IMG/VR virus record: IMGVR_UViG_3300028832_000096
Length of the DNA stretch: 64,000 nt
Source of the DNA: a virus
Taxonomy: Duplodnaviria; Caudoviricetes
Reading direction: 5' to 3' (one strand)
This document shows, piece after piece, positions 20,100 through 30,718 of the stretch. The first letter of the stretch is position 1. Each line of letters begins with the position of its first letter. A program made the position numbers and the translations under genes. Below the pieces are notes generated by a model that was not told the origin of the DNA, ran no database searches, and saw nothing but the letters and a program-made list of their open reading frames with translations.

Positions 20100-20104
20100 T
20101 ACCC

Positions 20105-21895
20105 TTAAACCTCATTAAATTCATATGCGTACATATTACCTGATTTATCTATACTTGCACTCACCTGATACAACTCTTTTATGTCATCTGCGGATAAGGC
20201 TGTTGCATAGATTCTGAAATCTGACATATTGCCTTGATAGTTTTGTGATGATACATCGCGCCAAGAACCGATAAAATAGTCCCCTAGGGGAATATTTGCA
20301 GAACTGCCTGAAGACGCAAGTTCTCCGTTTACATAAATCTTGTTATCAGATGTCGTATGCACAAAAGTAAATAAAGTCCATTCATTAAACGCATAGGAAC
20401 CTGTATTCTTACCCCAATTCCATGCGACATAGACAGGATTAGTTTCGGCCGCATTTCGAGCTTCCAACTCAAAACCGCTAGGGCCTCCGAATATTGTCTG
20501 ATAGCCTTTTGAACCAATAGCCGTCTTATACGTCCATACTGAAATAGTATAATCAGTTTTACTTGCGGTCGTGATACCAAGCATAGCGTTAAATGGAATC
20601 TTGATAGCATTATCCGTTCCGTTGAAATTCGTACTTACTGAATATCGGGCAGTATTTGAATCTACAGTTTGGGTAGTATTGATTTTTCCATGATAATTAT
20701 ATCCGCTACTGTCATATATCGTAGTATCGTTATACCCCATAGCGGAATATTGGGCATCAGATGAATTAGGTAGCCAAGGAGTTGCTTTATCGCCTTTTTC
20801 TAATTTAAGATATTTCCAATGAACTGTCGATAATCCTTGCGAAAATGCGGAAAGATAAAAATTTACCGAAGAACCACTTGTATAAGAAGGTACCTCAAAA
20901 GTGTACTCAAATCTTATCCAAGTATCTTTTACTACGGCTGATGATGACGGTGTATAAAATCCCGTATCACTTGTAGATGTTGACGCACCCCAACGGATAA
21001 ACATATTAGCCTGAACTGCATAAGTTTCATTAGAGGGTATTCTGTAATATCCACTCATAGTAAATTTATCACCCGTTGCCCAAGAACTTACTAATGAAGT
21101 TATTGCACTATGCGTAACAAATGTCCTTGATGTAGTTGTGGTATCGGTTCTTTTTGATATAAGATACGGAGTGCCATTTTCGTTGCCGACAGATACTAAA
21201 CCACCCCAATCTGAAGTTCCATTATATCCCGAAGAATTGGTGAGGATATTATCACAACCTCTACCTGAACCATTCAAAGTATAATGAGCTACTAATCCTT
21301 GTGAGAGCAATTTTATCTGCTTTGCAGATAGGCACTCATCGTATAAACGGAAGTCATTATAGCAAGCACCTGAACCACCAGTAGATGTTGTATTGATATC
21401 ATCATAAGAACGGCCATCTATCTGGATATTTAATCGCCCTTCAGGTTTTGCAGTAGTAACAGTACCATATCTTACTTTTGCACCATTTATATACAAAGAT
21501 ACCGTATTACCATCATAAGTGGCAGCTAAATGATACCAAGTATTTGTAGAAAATGAGAAGCTGTAACTATATGAACTACTTGGACCATTTACACCTACAT
21601 TCAAAGTGGTATTACTTATTATTGAAAAATAGATTTGACAATCATCACTTGTCTTTATATTTTTACAAAAGATTATATTATTGTACTGACCAAAAGATGA
21701 TGCTTTATACCAAGTTGCAACACTCCAAGCATTAGCTAATATATCAGAATTTAGATGCCAACCTATATGCCCACAAGAACAACCACCTAACTTACCATCA
21801 GTGTAAGTAAGATTAGATATTGAATATTTAGGTAGATTTAATAATCCTTGGTTATCTGCATTACCTAAAAATGGCAGCCATATTTGTAATGACAT
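20105..21895 (-). CDS. LamG/concanavalin A-like domain virion protein
   Basis: Two LamG-like domains (TWYHLAATYDG...LYING; DFRIYATALSADDIKELY) flanking a CBM-like domain (LKLEKGDKATPW). Confidence 0.75.
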   Translation of the reverse strand: MSLQIWLPFLGNADNQGLLNLPKYSISNLTYTDGKLGGCSCGHIGWHLNSDILANAWSVATWYKASSFGQYNNIIFCKNIKTSDDCQIYFSIISNTTLNVGVNGPSSSYSYSFSFSTNTWYHLAATYDGNTVSLYINGAKVRYGTVTTAKPEGRLNIQIDGRSYDDINTTSTGGSGACYNDFRLYDECLSAKQIKLLSQGLVAHYTLNGSGRGCDNILTNSSGYNGTSDWGGLVSVGNENGTPYLISKRTDTTTTSRTFVTHSAITSLVSSWATGDKFTMSGYYRIPSNETYAVQANMFIRWGASTSTSDTGFYTPSSSAVVKDTWIRFEYTFEVPSYTSGSSVNFYLSAFSQGLSTVHWKYLKLEKGDKATPWLPNSSDAQYSAMGYNDTTIYDSSGYNYHGKINTTQTVDSNTARYSVSTNFNGTDNAIKIPFNAMLGITTASKTDYTISVWTYKTAIGSKGYQTIFGGPSGFELEARNAAETNPVYVAWNWGKNTGSYAFNEWTLFTFVHTTSDNKIYVNGELASSGSSANIPLGDYFIGSWRDVSSQNYQGNMSDFRIYATALSADDIKELYQVSASIDKSGNMYAYEFNEV

Positions 21896-21906
21896 AAAGC
21901 TACCCC

Positions 21907-23826
21907 TTATGTAAAGACGAAATCTATTGCTTGGGTTGTCGAATTATACTGCATTGTCGCAGAACCTCCACCGACCTGAACGCTCTTTGTAGTCAAGACA
22001 CCGTTTGTTGCATAGACTTCATTGTCGGAATAAGTCTGAGGATTAGCCGCTTGGGATGTGGCACCGATAAGGAATATCTTTGATGATGTATCGGTAGAAC
22101 CCGCAGTATTCTTGGTGTCGGGCGGTGTAGCCCAATTTCCAGCGTTATTAAGATAAGTAGTCGTAGAACTACCTAATTGAGGTCCGTTTGTAACAGTATT
22201 TGTGCCGTTAAACTTTGTAAGATATCCTGACGTGCCAGAACCTGTGATGTTGTTAGCAATACTTGGGGTTACTGTCACAGTCTGAGCTGAACCTCCTGAC
22301 GGAGTAACTGTGAACCCATTCGTGCCATTTGCAAAAGTATAGGTTGTATTATTATCAGGGACAGTAACTGTTCCTAATGAATCACCGTTCTTGTTTTTCA
22401 GAGTAATTGTATGGTCGGATATACTAAAAGAGTTCGCATAAGTCGCTTTGATGTTGTTTCCGCTTTCATCTTGTGTTGCTTTAGTTGCAGAACCAGCAGA
22501 AGTCGCATAAGGAGCAGTCACGCTCTGAGCCGTACCGCCCGTAGGAGTAAGTGTAACATTGTTACCTGAGGTTCCGAGCGTATATGTTGTATCCGTAAAC
22601 ACAGCATTACTTGGGACACTCTTATTTACTGTGTATCCATTTACAGTCCTTGCATCATTAGCAATTTGAATCAACCTACTGCCATCATACCTATACCAAG
22701 GATTTTCCTCATAAAGGGTTATACGGCAATATGATGTGGTGCTGTCATAACAACCGCCGATAAGAACATAAACTTTTCCCGTTGTATTCGGGGTTTGTGT
22801 CCACCATGTTGAATCCAAATAGAACAGACCATCAGAAGTATTGATGGTGCCTACAAGATATATTGGAGTATATGGCGTCAAACAATTAGCTGTTAGCGTT
22901 GTATTCAAACAATACCTTGAATCAAAAGCACTCATGGTCTTGTAGATATTACCCCAGCCATCAATATTAGTATTTGGGTTGCGATTAGTATTTGAGTAGT
23001 AGATACATCCGCCCACACGGAATCCGTTAGTATTTGCTATTTTTGTGCCTGTTGTACGATTGCTATTGGTAGCTGTTCCATCCGTAGCAGTACAGATATT
23101 CTGATAAGTGCCATTACCATCTTCCATCATCAAAGATGTCTGCCAAATACCTTTTGAACCTGTTTTACCTGCAAAATATGTTATCCTGTTTTCAATGGTA
23201 TCGGAATCTCCACTTTCTTGAAGACCTCTGTCAACTGCATTTATGGCACTTATACCGTTATAGTTAGTTGTACCTGTGCCTGTCCAACTTGCCCATTTTA
23301 CAGGCGTGTCAAGAATGGTAACCGTACAGTTTTCACACTCATAATAATCGACTTCAAAAGTACGATAATAATTTGAATTTTGATAATTAGAACCATAACG
23401 AATAGAAATTCCGATAGCGTGTCCATAGCCTGCATCAAAACCAGCCTTCTTTAAAGGATACGCTGTAATGTAGTAGTGAGCAGTATCTTGCCTTTCATTC
23501 CAATTTGCATATATAATTCCGTCAGACCTCCCACAAAGGGTTGACCAAGTATAACTATGATAACTTGAATAACTCGGACAAAAAGAATGAACCTTGAATT
23601 TTACTCTCCAAGGTTTATACCATTCATCAGGTTTAACTGACATAAAATACCAAGTCGAATTATCATATGAATCATTTGTAGAATAGTAGCTTGTACTTGC
23701 GTAGGTCTTATGAACCAAAGGCACTATGTCTGATTCATAGTGCCTATGGTCACTTCTTGCCTGCGTATTATCTTTAATATCGACAGTAGTATTATTAGGT
23801 AATGTTAAGTGTGAAAGGTTTGACAT
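21907..23826 (-). CDS. Tail fibre-like protein
   Basis: Thr/Gly-rich fibre motifs (KSVPSNAVFTDTTY, NTAGSTDTSSKIFLIGA) shared with other fibre genes. Confidence 0.7.
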   Translation of the reverse strand: MSNLSHLTLPNNTTVDIKDNTQARSDHRHYESDIVPLVHKTYASTSYYSTNDSYDNSTWYFMSVKPDEWYKPWRVKFKVHSFCPSYSSYHSYTWSTLCGRSDGIIYANWNERQDTAHYYITAYPLKKAGFDAGYGHAIGISIRYGSNYQNSNYYRTFEVDYYECENCTVTILDTPVKWASWTGTGTTNYNGISAINAVDRGLQESGDSDTIENRITYFAGKTGSKGIWQTSLMMEDGNGTYQNICTATDGTATNSNRTTGTKIANTNGFRVGGCIYYSNTNRNPNTNIDGWGNIYKTMSAFDSRYCLNTTLTANCLTPYTPIYLVGTINTSDGLFYLDSTWWTQTPNTTGKVYVLIGGCYDSTTSYCRITLYEENPWYRYDGSRLIQIANDARTVNGYTVNKSVPSNAVFTDTTYTLGTSGNNVTLTPTGGTAQSVTAPYATSAGSATKATQDESGNNIKATYANSFSISDHTITLKNKNGDSLGTVTVPDNNTTYTFANGTNGFTVTPSGGSAQTVTVTPSIANNITGSGTSGYLTKFNGTNTVTNGPQLGSSTTTYLNNAGNWATPPDTKNTAGSTDTSSKIFLIGATSQAANPQTYSDNEVYATNGVLTTKSVQVGGGSATMQYNSTTQAIDFVFT

Positions 23827-23859
23827 TAGCCTATCTCACTCCTCTTAGTTGATTTAATA

Positions 23860-24924
23860 TTAAGAACCAGTATAAGGAGTAACAACCTTTGTAACTGTTC
23901 CATCTGTCTTTGTACCTTGCGTAACAGATGTCGTCTTGTCGTAATTGACATCGACCTGATACTTCTTGGGGGTGTAAGCACCACCAGTTGCTGTTGCCGA
24001 GATGTTACCAGAACCAGAAATAGAACCTGTACCTGCTGTAACCTGAACGCCTTTGACATCAATATATACATCTGTACCAGTAAATGTAGGTGTTCCTGCA
24101 GAATAAGAACCATCGCCAGTTTTTACTGTAACATCTGATGTCGTAATGGAAGCACCTGTTGCTACAGCAAGCTGCCTAAATGAAAGTGTTTCTGTATTCT
24201 GTGTATAGGTCATATAAGTTACTGCACCGGTAGCTGCTGTTGAACTCGGGTCAGATGATGTAACTCCCGTAACAACTGTTTTACTTGTAGGATTTTTAAC
24301 AGTTGTTGTAGAACCTGCAGAAGATAGTGAAATAGTAGGAGCAGATACTGAACCTGCAGGAGTATAGTTCTTTGTCTTACCGGAAGGAATTGTTGTTGTA
24401 GAAGTTACCGGATAATCTTGCGAACTTGTATTATGAGTAGATGTACCTGTAACGCTTGCAGTACCTGAAATTGTCGGCTGAGTAAATGTACCAGTAACAG
24501 CTAAGTTACCATTAGCACTTTCTGTAATATTTACTGTTGCAGCTGTACTTGTAGAGTTAGGTGTAGGATTACCATAAGATACTGTAGGAACTGTAACACG
24601 GCCCTCATCTACAAATGCGAAGGCCCCAAGTCCCTCTTTACCTAAATGAGCCCACGTAGCTCCATCATAGATAAATTCGTCGGTACCATCGAATACAAGG
24701 TCACCAGAATTTGCAGCAACAGATTTATGGCTATTACCATCAATAATTTCTACTGAACTTCTTGTATCTCCATCTGTAAGATGTGTATATGTACTACCAT
24801 CTACATAAAGTTTACCGATATAGGATACGCCACCGGCTATTGCACTTCGTGCGTATGCGTCCTTGATTTCAAGTAAACTACCATCGGGCATCTCGACTTG
24901 CGAGATATATTTAGGGTCTGGCAT
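23860..24924 (-). CDS. Thr/Ser/Gly-rich virion fibre protein
   Basis: YTPAGSVS...PTFTGT repeats; paralogous to 28153-28959. Confidence 0.65.
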   Translation of the reverse strand: MPDPKYISQVEMPDGSLLEIKDAYARSAIAGGVSYIGKLYVDGSTYTHLTDGDTRSSVEIIDGNSHKSVAANSGDLVFDGTDEFIYDGATWAHLGKEGLGAFAFVDEGRVTVPTVSYGNPTPNSTSTAATVNITESANGNLAVTGTFTQPTISGTASVTGTSTHNTSSQDYPVTSTTTIPSGKTKNYTPAGSVSAPTISLSSAGSTTTVKNPTSKTVVTGVTSSDPSSTAATGAVTYMTYTQNTETLSFRQLAVATGASITTSDVTVKTGDGSYSAGTPTFTGTDVYIDVKGVQVTAGTGSISGSGNISATATGGAYTPKKYQVDVNYDKTTSVTQGTKTDGTVTKVVTPYTGS

Positions 24925-24938
24925 TATCTAATTCCTCC

Positions 24939-25322
24939 TTAATTTGAAAATATTACTCTTTCTAAATCTCTTATATAAAAACAAGTTACTTTATTGTTCC
25001 AATCTGTTCTCTCTTGCTGAGTTATGTGCCTTACAGTATCATTTATATGGTCTGCATACATCTGGTCTGTAAAAGGTAAATCTGCTAATCTAGTTTCTCC
25101 ATCGCCTACTTTGAAACCTGCTATTAATCTACCGGCAGGGTCTGTACCCCAGTCCGAATAAATATATACGCAACCACTTTCAGTAATCAGGTCAGGTTTT
25201 GCATCCCAATTTGCAGTAGTATCGTAATATACTTTAGATTCCTGAGTTATATAATGCTTTAGTAATTCATCATATAACTGTAGGCCATGTTTGTCTAGAT
25301 ATTGTATTTTAGGGTCTGGCAC
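24939..25322 (-). CDS. Virion protein with KVGDG fibre-base module
   Basis: GFKVGDG...LADLPF; paralogous to C-terminus of 28972-29757. Confidence 0.65.
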   Translation of the reverse strand: MPDPKIQYLDKHGLQLYDELLKHYITQESKVYYDTTANWDAKPDLITESGCVYIYSDWGTDPAGRLIAGFKVGDGETRLADLPFTDQMYADHINDTVRHITQQERTDWNNKVTCFYIRDLERVIFSN

Positions 25323-25333
25323 GGTTTGCCTCC

Positions 25334-26746
25334 TTATTCAAATAATCCATATATGAATGAATCTGGTATAGGTTCAAATCTATCAGATATTACATTATTA
25401 ATTATAGAAGGTAATTCTAAAATTAGGTTAGTAATTTTATTATCTAACCAAGTTATCTTTTCATCAACATAGCTTTCAGTAGCGAATCTTACTTTCTGTG
25501 TTATTATATCTCTAACTACAGTGTAATCTGTGATAGAGGTTTCTGTAAGTACTTCAATCTGGATAGTTTCTTGACCAGATACAAATGCAATATGGTCAAT
25601 ATCTGTATGTTGCGAGGTTTCGTCATTAGAACAGATTCTGTAATATCCCTTAACACGATACAGACCTTCGTCTAATCTTGAGAGAATTATAGGACGTTCT
25701 TCTGTTCCTTCAACTTCAGGTATGCCTCCGCTAGACGAACCGCCCCAATCTACCTTATCCCAGGTCTGCGTTGATATATTCCAAGAATAGTATCCAACCA
25801 CTCCGCCGACATCATTAACACGAACAAGTTTACCATCGACTAATTTCTTCTTATCAAGATTATCGCGCTGTTCTATTGTATCGACAGTAATGAAACATCT
25901 CTTGATAACTTCTGCATCTGCAACTGTAAACGGTCTTGTATAATTAACAACTTTACCATCATACAATTCAGAGCCTTGTGTCTTGATGACATCAAGACTG
26001 CATAATGTTAAATCTACAACTGATACAGGGAGAATTTCTCCATTAAGTATAGACTCAAAGTACCAACCGAAGCTTTGGGAATTTTCATATATGAACCAAC
26101 CGGCATGGACAATCCATTTGATATTAGGTCTATTAGAAATCTTTACAATATCGCTATCGTATATCCTAATATCTGTTCCAGGAATAACTAGGAAGTTATT
26201 CTCTGTAGGAGTTTCCATATCCTGGAGAGTAGGACGAAATTCAGAAGTACCGAGTACTTGTTCCTTTACAACTGTCGATAAATCAATTTCAGATAAAGGA
26301 ATTATTGACCTATCTTCTAATGAGATAAAATACCAGCCATTTTCATTCTTATTATCAAATGAATACCAACCGTGTTTTGCCACGAGATTTAATCCAGATG
26401 GCGTAGTTACTATATCACTAACATAAATCTTGGTATCAGTAGCTTCGCAATATAGATAATTAATTTCTGCAGGTTGCTCAGGAGTTGCTTCAGGTTCAGG
26501 CCTAACTGCGGTCGACTGTTGATTGAGCTCTTTTGATATAGTCCTGATATCGACTAAATCTATAGGAAGAACTGTTTTATCTGATGAGATAGATACAAAG
26601 TACCAACCATTTTTCTGCGCTTTACCTAACTTATACCAACCAGTTTTAGCTATCCACTTACTTTCAGGGTATGTGGATATTGATACAACATCATTAGGAT
26701 ATATCTTTGTATCGGTTTCTTCGCAGTATAAGAAGTTTCTTGCCAT
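25334..26746 (-). CDS. Hypothetical protein with three copies of a ~60-aa GW-rich domain
   Basis: Repeats TKIY.SD.V...W....GW......GWYF.S; AACCTT motif upstream. Confidence 0.7.
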   Translation of the reverse strand: MARNFLYCEETDTKIYPNDVVSISTYPESKWIAKTGWYKLGKAQKNGWYFVSISSDKTVLPIDLVDIRTISKELNQQSTAVRPEPEATPEQPAEINYLYCEATDTKIYVSDIVTTPSGLNLVAKHGWYSFDNKNENGWYFISLEDRSIIPLSEIDLSTVVKEQVLGTSEFRPTLQDMETPTENNFLVIPGTDIRIYDSDIVKISNRPNIKWIVHAGWFIYENSQSFGWYFESILNGEILPVSVVDLTLCSLDVIKTQGSELYDGKVVNYTRPFTVADAEVIKRCFITVDTIEQRDNLDKKKLVDGKLVRVNDVGGVVGYYSWNISTQTWDKVDWGGSSSGGIPEVEGTEERPIILSRLDEGLYRVKGYYRICSNDETSQHTDIDHIAFVSGQETIQIEVLTETSITDYTVVRDIITQKVRFATESYVDEKITWLDNKITNLILELPSIINNVISDRFEPIPDSFIYGLFE

Positions 26747-26788
26747 AGGTATCCTTGTATATAAAGGTATTATATTAAATATACAAGG

Positions 26789-27433
26789 TTATGAATTTTC
26801 AGATACCGATACTATTTCAGGTTCATCTGTGAAAAGATTAAATGATACAGATATACTATCACCAGCTTCTAATTTAATAGGTGTAGTAAGTGTTTCTTTG
26901 ATAAGTAGGAAGTCTGCAGTCTTGTATGAACCATGCCAAGCAGTTGCATTATTGTAATAACAATGAGTAAATAATGCTAATTCATCGATAGTTATAGATG
27001 TAGATGAATTATTTTGTAATGTTCCAGTTATAGGGTAATTATATACATCTGCATTTGCACTAGATGAAGACGTGTAGACCATACATATACGTAAATTATC
27101 TGGTATATTTCCTAAAGAATAATCAGGTTCATTATCTATACTCTGACCACCCATTATAAAGAAATTACTACCAGAGTTACCAGCAGAACCATTATTATCG
27201 GCTCGTATTTGTGCATAAGTATAATATGAACCAACACCATAAGAAGCGTGAGAAGTGTATTGAGCAGTATATACAGAATAAAATAAACAGTCTCCTTGTG
27301 TCCAATCTAAATTGTCTTGCACACCAGTATAACCAGTAACATCGGTTAAATTTTTAATAAATGGTTTATAACTACTTCCCGTAGAACCTTTAGAAAATAA
27401 TCTCATCAGCTTTCTAAAATTATTATGTATCAT
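26789..27433 (-). CDS. Hypothetical virion protein
   Basis: NNSSTSITIDELAL...L.KETL..PI.LEAGDS baseplate/tail-associated style. Confidence 0.55.
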   Translation of the reverse strand: MIHNNFRKLMRLFSKGSTGSSYKPFIKNLTDVTGYTGVQDNLDWTQGDCLFYSVYTAQYTSHASYGVGSYYTYAQIRADNNGSAGNSGSNFFIMGGQSIDNEPDYSLGNIPDNLRICMVYTSSSSANADVYNYPITGTLQNNSSTSITIDELALFTHCYYNNATAWHGSYKTADFLLIKETLTTPIKLEAGDSISVSFNLFTDEPEIVSVSENS

Positions 27434-28140
27434 ACGCTTGTTACCTCCACAGAATAATTTAATTGGCCCTCCGTATTTAAGTGACCGTTAGCATACATTC
27501 TGTATATCGGAGGTTCTCCAGACGATGGAGATTCTGGTACCCAACTATATACAGGCTCATTATCTACTATAGTTACATTTAAAACATAATTACCTGCAGC
27601 TGTAGGCAATGTAGGGACAGCAGGTACTGCTGCTATTGCGTCATGTACTGCACCAGAAGTAATTAACTTTGTACTACCAGAAGTTACAGTACTATCGTAA
27701 TCGGCAGCTAAAGTTATGGAGCTGTTAGTTTCACTCTCTACAAAACTGCTTGTAAGGTTATCTCCCGCAATTACCTTCGAGAAAGTATTTCTTACTGTTA
27801 CTGTCCATTTATTAGCATTAGTTAATTTATATACATATACCTGATTGCCTTGTTGAGAATCAGTATGCTTGTTTACGGAACGATAGTACTGGAACTCTAC
27901 ATTTGTAGGGTTAGTCATATCTGTAACATAAGCCATGAATGCTAATCGAGTTTGAGAACCAGTAGCGGGGTTACTGTTAGAAGAAGCTCGACAATATATT
28001 ACACAGTTATTCTGATATGCAGTCATGAAATCAGTCCAGGTGGAAAGACCATAGCGAAGAATGACCATCCTTGCTTTAGCATCTTTTATTTCATATTCTT
28101 GATTATCGCCTGGAAGAACAATTTTAGATATATCAGCCAT
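27430..28140 (-). CDS. Putative fibre-associated protein
   Basis: N-terminal ISKIVLPG...YEIKDAKAR module; DSTVTSGSTKLITSGAV fibre motif. Confidence 0.6.
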   Translation of the reverse strand: MADISKIVLPGDNQEYEIKDAKARMVILRYGLSTWTDFMTAYQNNCVIYCRASSNSNPATGSQTRLAFMAYVTDMTNPTNVEFQYYRSVNKHTDSQQGNQVYVYKLTNANKWTVTVRNTFSKVIAGDNLTSSFVESETNSSITLAADYDSTVTSGSTKLITSGAVHDAIAAVPAVPTLPTAAGNYVLNVTIVDNEPVYSWVPESPSSGEPPIYRMYANGHLNTEGQLNYSVEVTSV

Positions 28141-28152
28141 GTATCTATCCTA

Positions 28153-28959
28153 TTATGTAGCGGGGTTTACTGTATGTGTTGCTTGTGTTCCTGTGAATGT
28201 TTGAGCTGCCGCTGTTCCTGAAATAGTTCCTGAAGTTGCGGAACCTGTAAATGTAAGTTCTGCACCAGTACCAGAGAATGAAGGGTCGGTTACCGTATCA
28301 ACACCAGTTGCTACAGATACGCTAGATACTGTAGGTACTGAACCTGCGGTGATTGTAAGTACTTCATTTGTTACAGTATAAGTAGGCATTGAGCCTGCAT
28401 CGGTTACACTTCCAACACTTCCACTTGTAAGTGTTACGGCTGTTCCTGAAATGCTACCAGCAGGAGTATAATTAGCTGTTCCGCTACCTACTCCTATTGT
28501 TCCAGACGGCGTAACTGAACAAGTACCTGTAACTTCACTAGATGCATTAGTTCCAGAAGGTGTAATTGTAACAGTACCTGTGTCTACAAAAGCAAATGCT
28601 TTTAATGTTCCGATACTACCACCAAATTGTTGCCAAGCTGTCCCATTGAAAATAAATTCATTAGCATTGCTATCCTGGACAATATCTCCACTTACAGCAG
28701 TAACGCTCTGACCGTTGATTGTAATCGGGTTAGTCGTTGAGCCATCTTCAAGTGATGTTGTCGTAATACCTAACCAATGTGTAGCATTTGAAAGAGCAGA
28801 TATCGCTGTTTCTGCATCAGATAATCGCTTTTCAGCACCCGAAGTAGAACCATCACCAATCCAATCCCTTACATCTTCATCTTTGAAGTAGTAAGTATTG
28901 CCACTAGGTAATGTAATTTCTTTTACTGTTGGCGTTAATGTCCAAGTAATTGCTGACAT
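28153..28959 (-). CDS. Thr/Ser/Gly-rich virion fibre protein
   Basis: Paralogue of 23860-24924 (SGD.V....EFI..G..W...AFAFVD.G.VT). Confidence 0.65.
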   Translation of the reverse strand: MSAITWTLTPTVKEITLPSGNTYYFKDEDVRDWIGDGSTSGAEKRLSDAETAISALSNATHWLGITTTSLEDGSTTNPITINGQSVTAVSGDIVQDSNANEFIFNGTAWQQFGGSIGTLKAFAFVDTGTVTITPSGTNASSEVTGTCSVTPSGTIGVGSGTANYTPAGSISGTAVTLTSGSVGSVTDAGSMPTYTVTNEVLTITAGSVPTVSSVSVATGVDTVTDPSFSGTGAELTFTGSATSGTISGTAAAQTFTGTQATHTVNPAT

Positions 28960-28971
28960 AATCTGTTCTCC

Positions 28972-29757
28972 TTATCTTGTTGTAAATATTATATGCTGCG
29001 AATTTTGTGGGTCTATATAACACCTTACTTTTTCATTCCAAAATTCTCGTTCTGCTTGTGTTATATGTATTGCTAAGTTCATTATATGTTCTGCAGACTT
29101 TTCATCTATAAAAGGCATATCTATAAGATATGAGGTTCCATCACCTAATTTAATTCCTGGAATGAGATTACCTGAACCATCGCTATCGTGGTCGCTGTAA
29201 ACATAAACGCTACCTCTTGTAGATATGAGTTGAGGTTGCGAATTCCAGTAACTTGTAGTGCCATAAAATACTTCTTTATCTCCACCGGAACCAAAATTTA
29301 CTTCATCCCAAGTTTTAGAATTAGTATTCCAAGCATAATATACAGCAGAACCACCATAATCATTTACTCTAACTAATCGGCCATTAGTCAATTTATTCTT
29401 ATCTAAATTATCCCTTTGAGCTATAGTATCTACAGAAATGAAAGTCCTATTAAGTGTCTCTACATCTTCTTGTGTAAATACTGTAGTGTAGTTAACTACC
29501 TTGCCGTCATGATAAGTTGAACCTTGAGTTTTTGAAGTAGCTAAAGATACGGTAGTTAAATCTACATAAGATACCGGAAGGGTTTCACCGTTGTGTATTG
29601 CAGAAAAGTACCAATCATGAATTTGAGAATTTTGAAAGATAAACCATCCATAGTGTACTACCCACTTAACATTAGGGCGATTAGTCATAACCACTAAATC
29701 GCTGTCATATAACCTAATATTAGTACCTGGAATAACTATAAACTTCTTTTCAGACAT
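28972..29757 (-). CDS. Virion protein: GW-rich domain fused to KLGDG module
   Basis: N-half near-duplicate of the middle of 25334-26746; C-half paralogous to 24939-25322. Confidence 0.7.
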   Translation of the reverse strand: MSEKKFIVIPGTNIRLYDSDLVVMTNRPNVKWVVHYGWFIFQNSQIHDWYFSAIHNGETLPVSYVDLTTVSLATSKTQGSTYHDGKVVNYTTVFTQEDVETLNRTFISVDTIAQRDNLDKNKLTNGRLVRVNDYGGSAVYYAWNTNSKTWDEVNFGSGGDKEVFYGTTSYWNSQPQLISTRGSVYVYSDHDSDGSGNLIPGIKLGDGTSYLIDMPFIDEKSAEHIMNLAIHITQAEREFWNEKVRCYIDPQNSQHIIFTTR

Positions 29758-29782
29758 AATCAACTTATATATCTCTTCATAA

Positions 29783-30121
29783 TTACCATCTTAACTTACG
29801 CTTAAATCCTTCACTCCGCAATTCTAATTCGGCTAATTCAGAATCAGTAAGATTCATGTAGTCACCAAAGATTTCTTCCCAAAGGTTCGGAGCAACTTTT
29901 CTAAAATCGTAACCTTTACCTATGGTAGAACTTCTAAAGCCGCCTAAAACTCGGTTATCGACACTAAAAGAATCACCTATAGCTTGTTGTTGCAGTATTG
30001 ACACCAATTCAGATTTCAAATCTGCATAAGGCATTGTCTTATAATCTTTGTTATAACATACTTTTATATAAAACTCTTTCAGTCGATTATAATCATGTGT
30101 TGCTCTAATATATTTCTTCAT
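29783..30121 (-). CDS. Hypothetical protein with MKKYIRAT leader
   Basis: ORF translationally coupled to upstream gene. Confidence 0.65.
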   Translation of the reverse strand: MKKYIRATHDYNRLKEFYIKVCYNKDYKTMPYADLKSELVSILQQQAIGDSFSVDNRVLGGFRSSTIGKGYDFRKVAPNLWEEIFGDYMNLTDSELAELELRSEGFKRKLRW

Positions 30122-30714
30122 TAAATCATTCCCTCATCTTTCATAAATTTCATATCGGCTTCTTCATCCCATTCGACTAAATATTCGTCATTATTTAGTT
30201 CGAGGTAGTCTTCGTTAAGTTCTCTATCGTCAATTCTAAACGCGTATGAATTTGCGCTATTAATATCATCAAAATATTCAGAACCTTCATTGCTATCTAG
30301 TGGTGCATATATTCCACTCTGTGCATCGAGTATGTAAACTTCGTCATTATCGTTAAGTGCTAAAAATTCATGCCCACCAGAACTTTCTGCCCAGTTAACA
30401 TGAACATAAAAGCGGGAACCATTACCACATTTTTCTAATGATTCTTTTAGCTTTTCAGCGGTTAAATCTGAAATTATATCAGAATTGTTTACAATTGCTA
30501 TAGGGTCAACCTCAAAGATAGGGTCTCTAGGTGAATATACTGCACGAGGTGTTGCATCTATTCCCCTTAATCTCTGTTCAGCTGCCCAAGTACATAACAT
30601 ACAATTCTGATTTCCTACAGGTTCTTTTGCGAGTAAATCAGATTTCTGCGATATGTATTTTGCAACTCCTTGCGGGGTTGTATCTATTGTGGTAGCCTTA
30701 ATGAATATCTTCAT
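30121..30714 (-). CDS. Papain-fold toxin-like (Tox-PL/glutamine deamidase-like) protein
   Basis: NCMLCTWAAEQRLRG ... GGHEF ... YILDAQSG gives a Cys-His-Asp triad in Tox-PL arrangement. Confidence 0.7.
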   Translation of the reverse strand: MKIFIKATTIDTTPQGVAKYISQKSDLLAKEPVGNQNCMLCTWAAEQRLRGIDATPRAVYSPRDPIFEVDPIAIVNNSDIISDLTAEKLKESLEKCGNGSRFYVHVNWAESSGGHEFLALNDNDEVYILDAQSGIYAPLDSNEGSEYFDDINSANSYAFRIDDRELNEDYLELNNDEYLVEWDEEADMKFMKDEGMI

Positions 30715-30718
30715 GAGA

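Noticed and set aside
23826-24113. Alternative-frame ORF ending at the next gene start (possible frameshift product)
   Set aside because: No slippery site identified; looks like a shadow frame of 23860-24924
13788-29763. Diversity-generating retroelement or invertase-based fibre switching
   Set aside because: No reverse transcriptase, recombinase or adenine-specific TR/VR pair noticed; paralogous tips are broadly diverged
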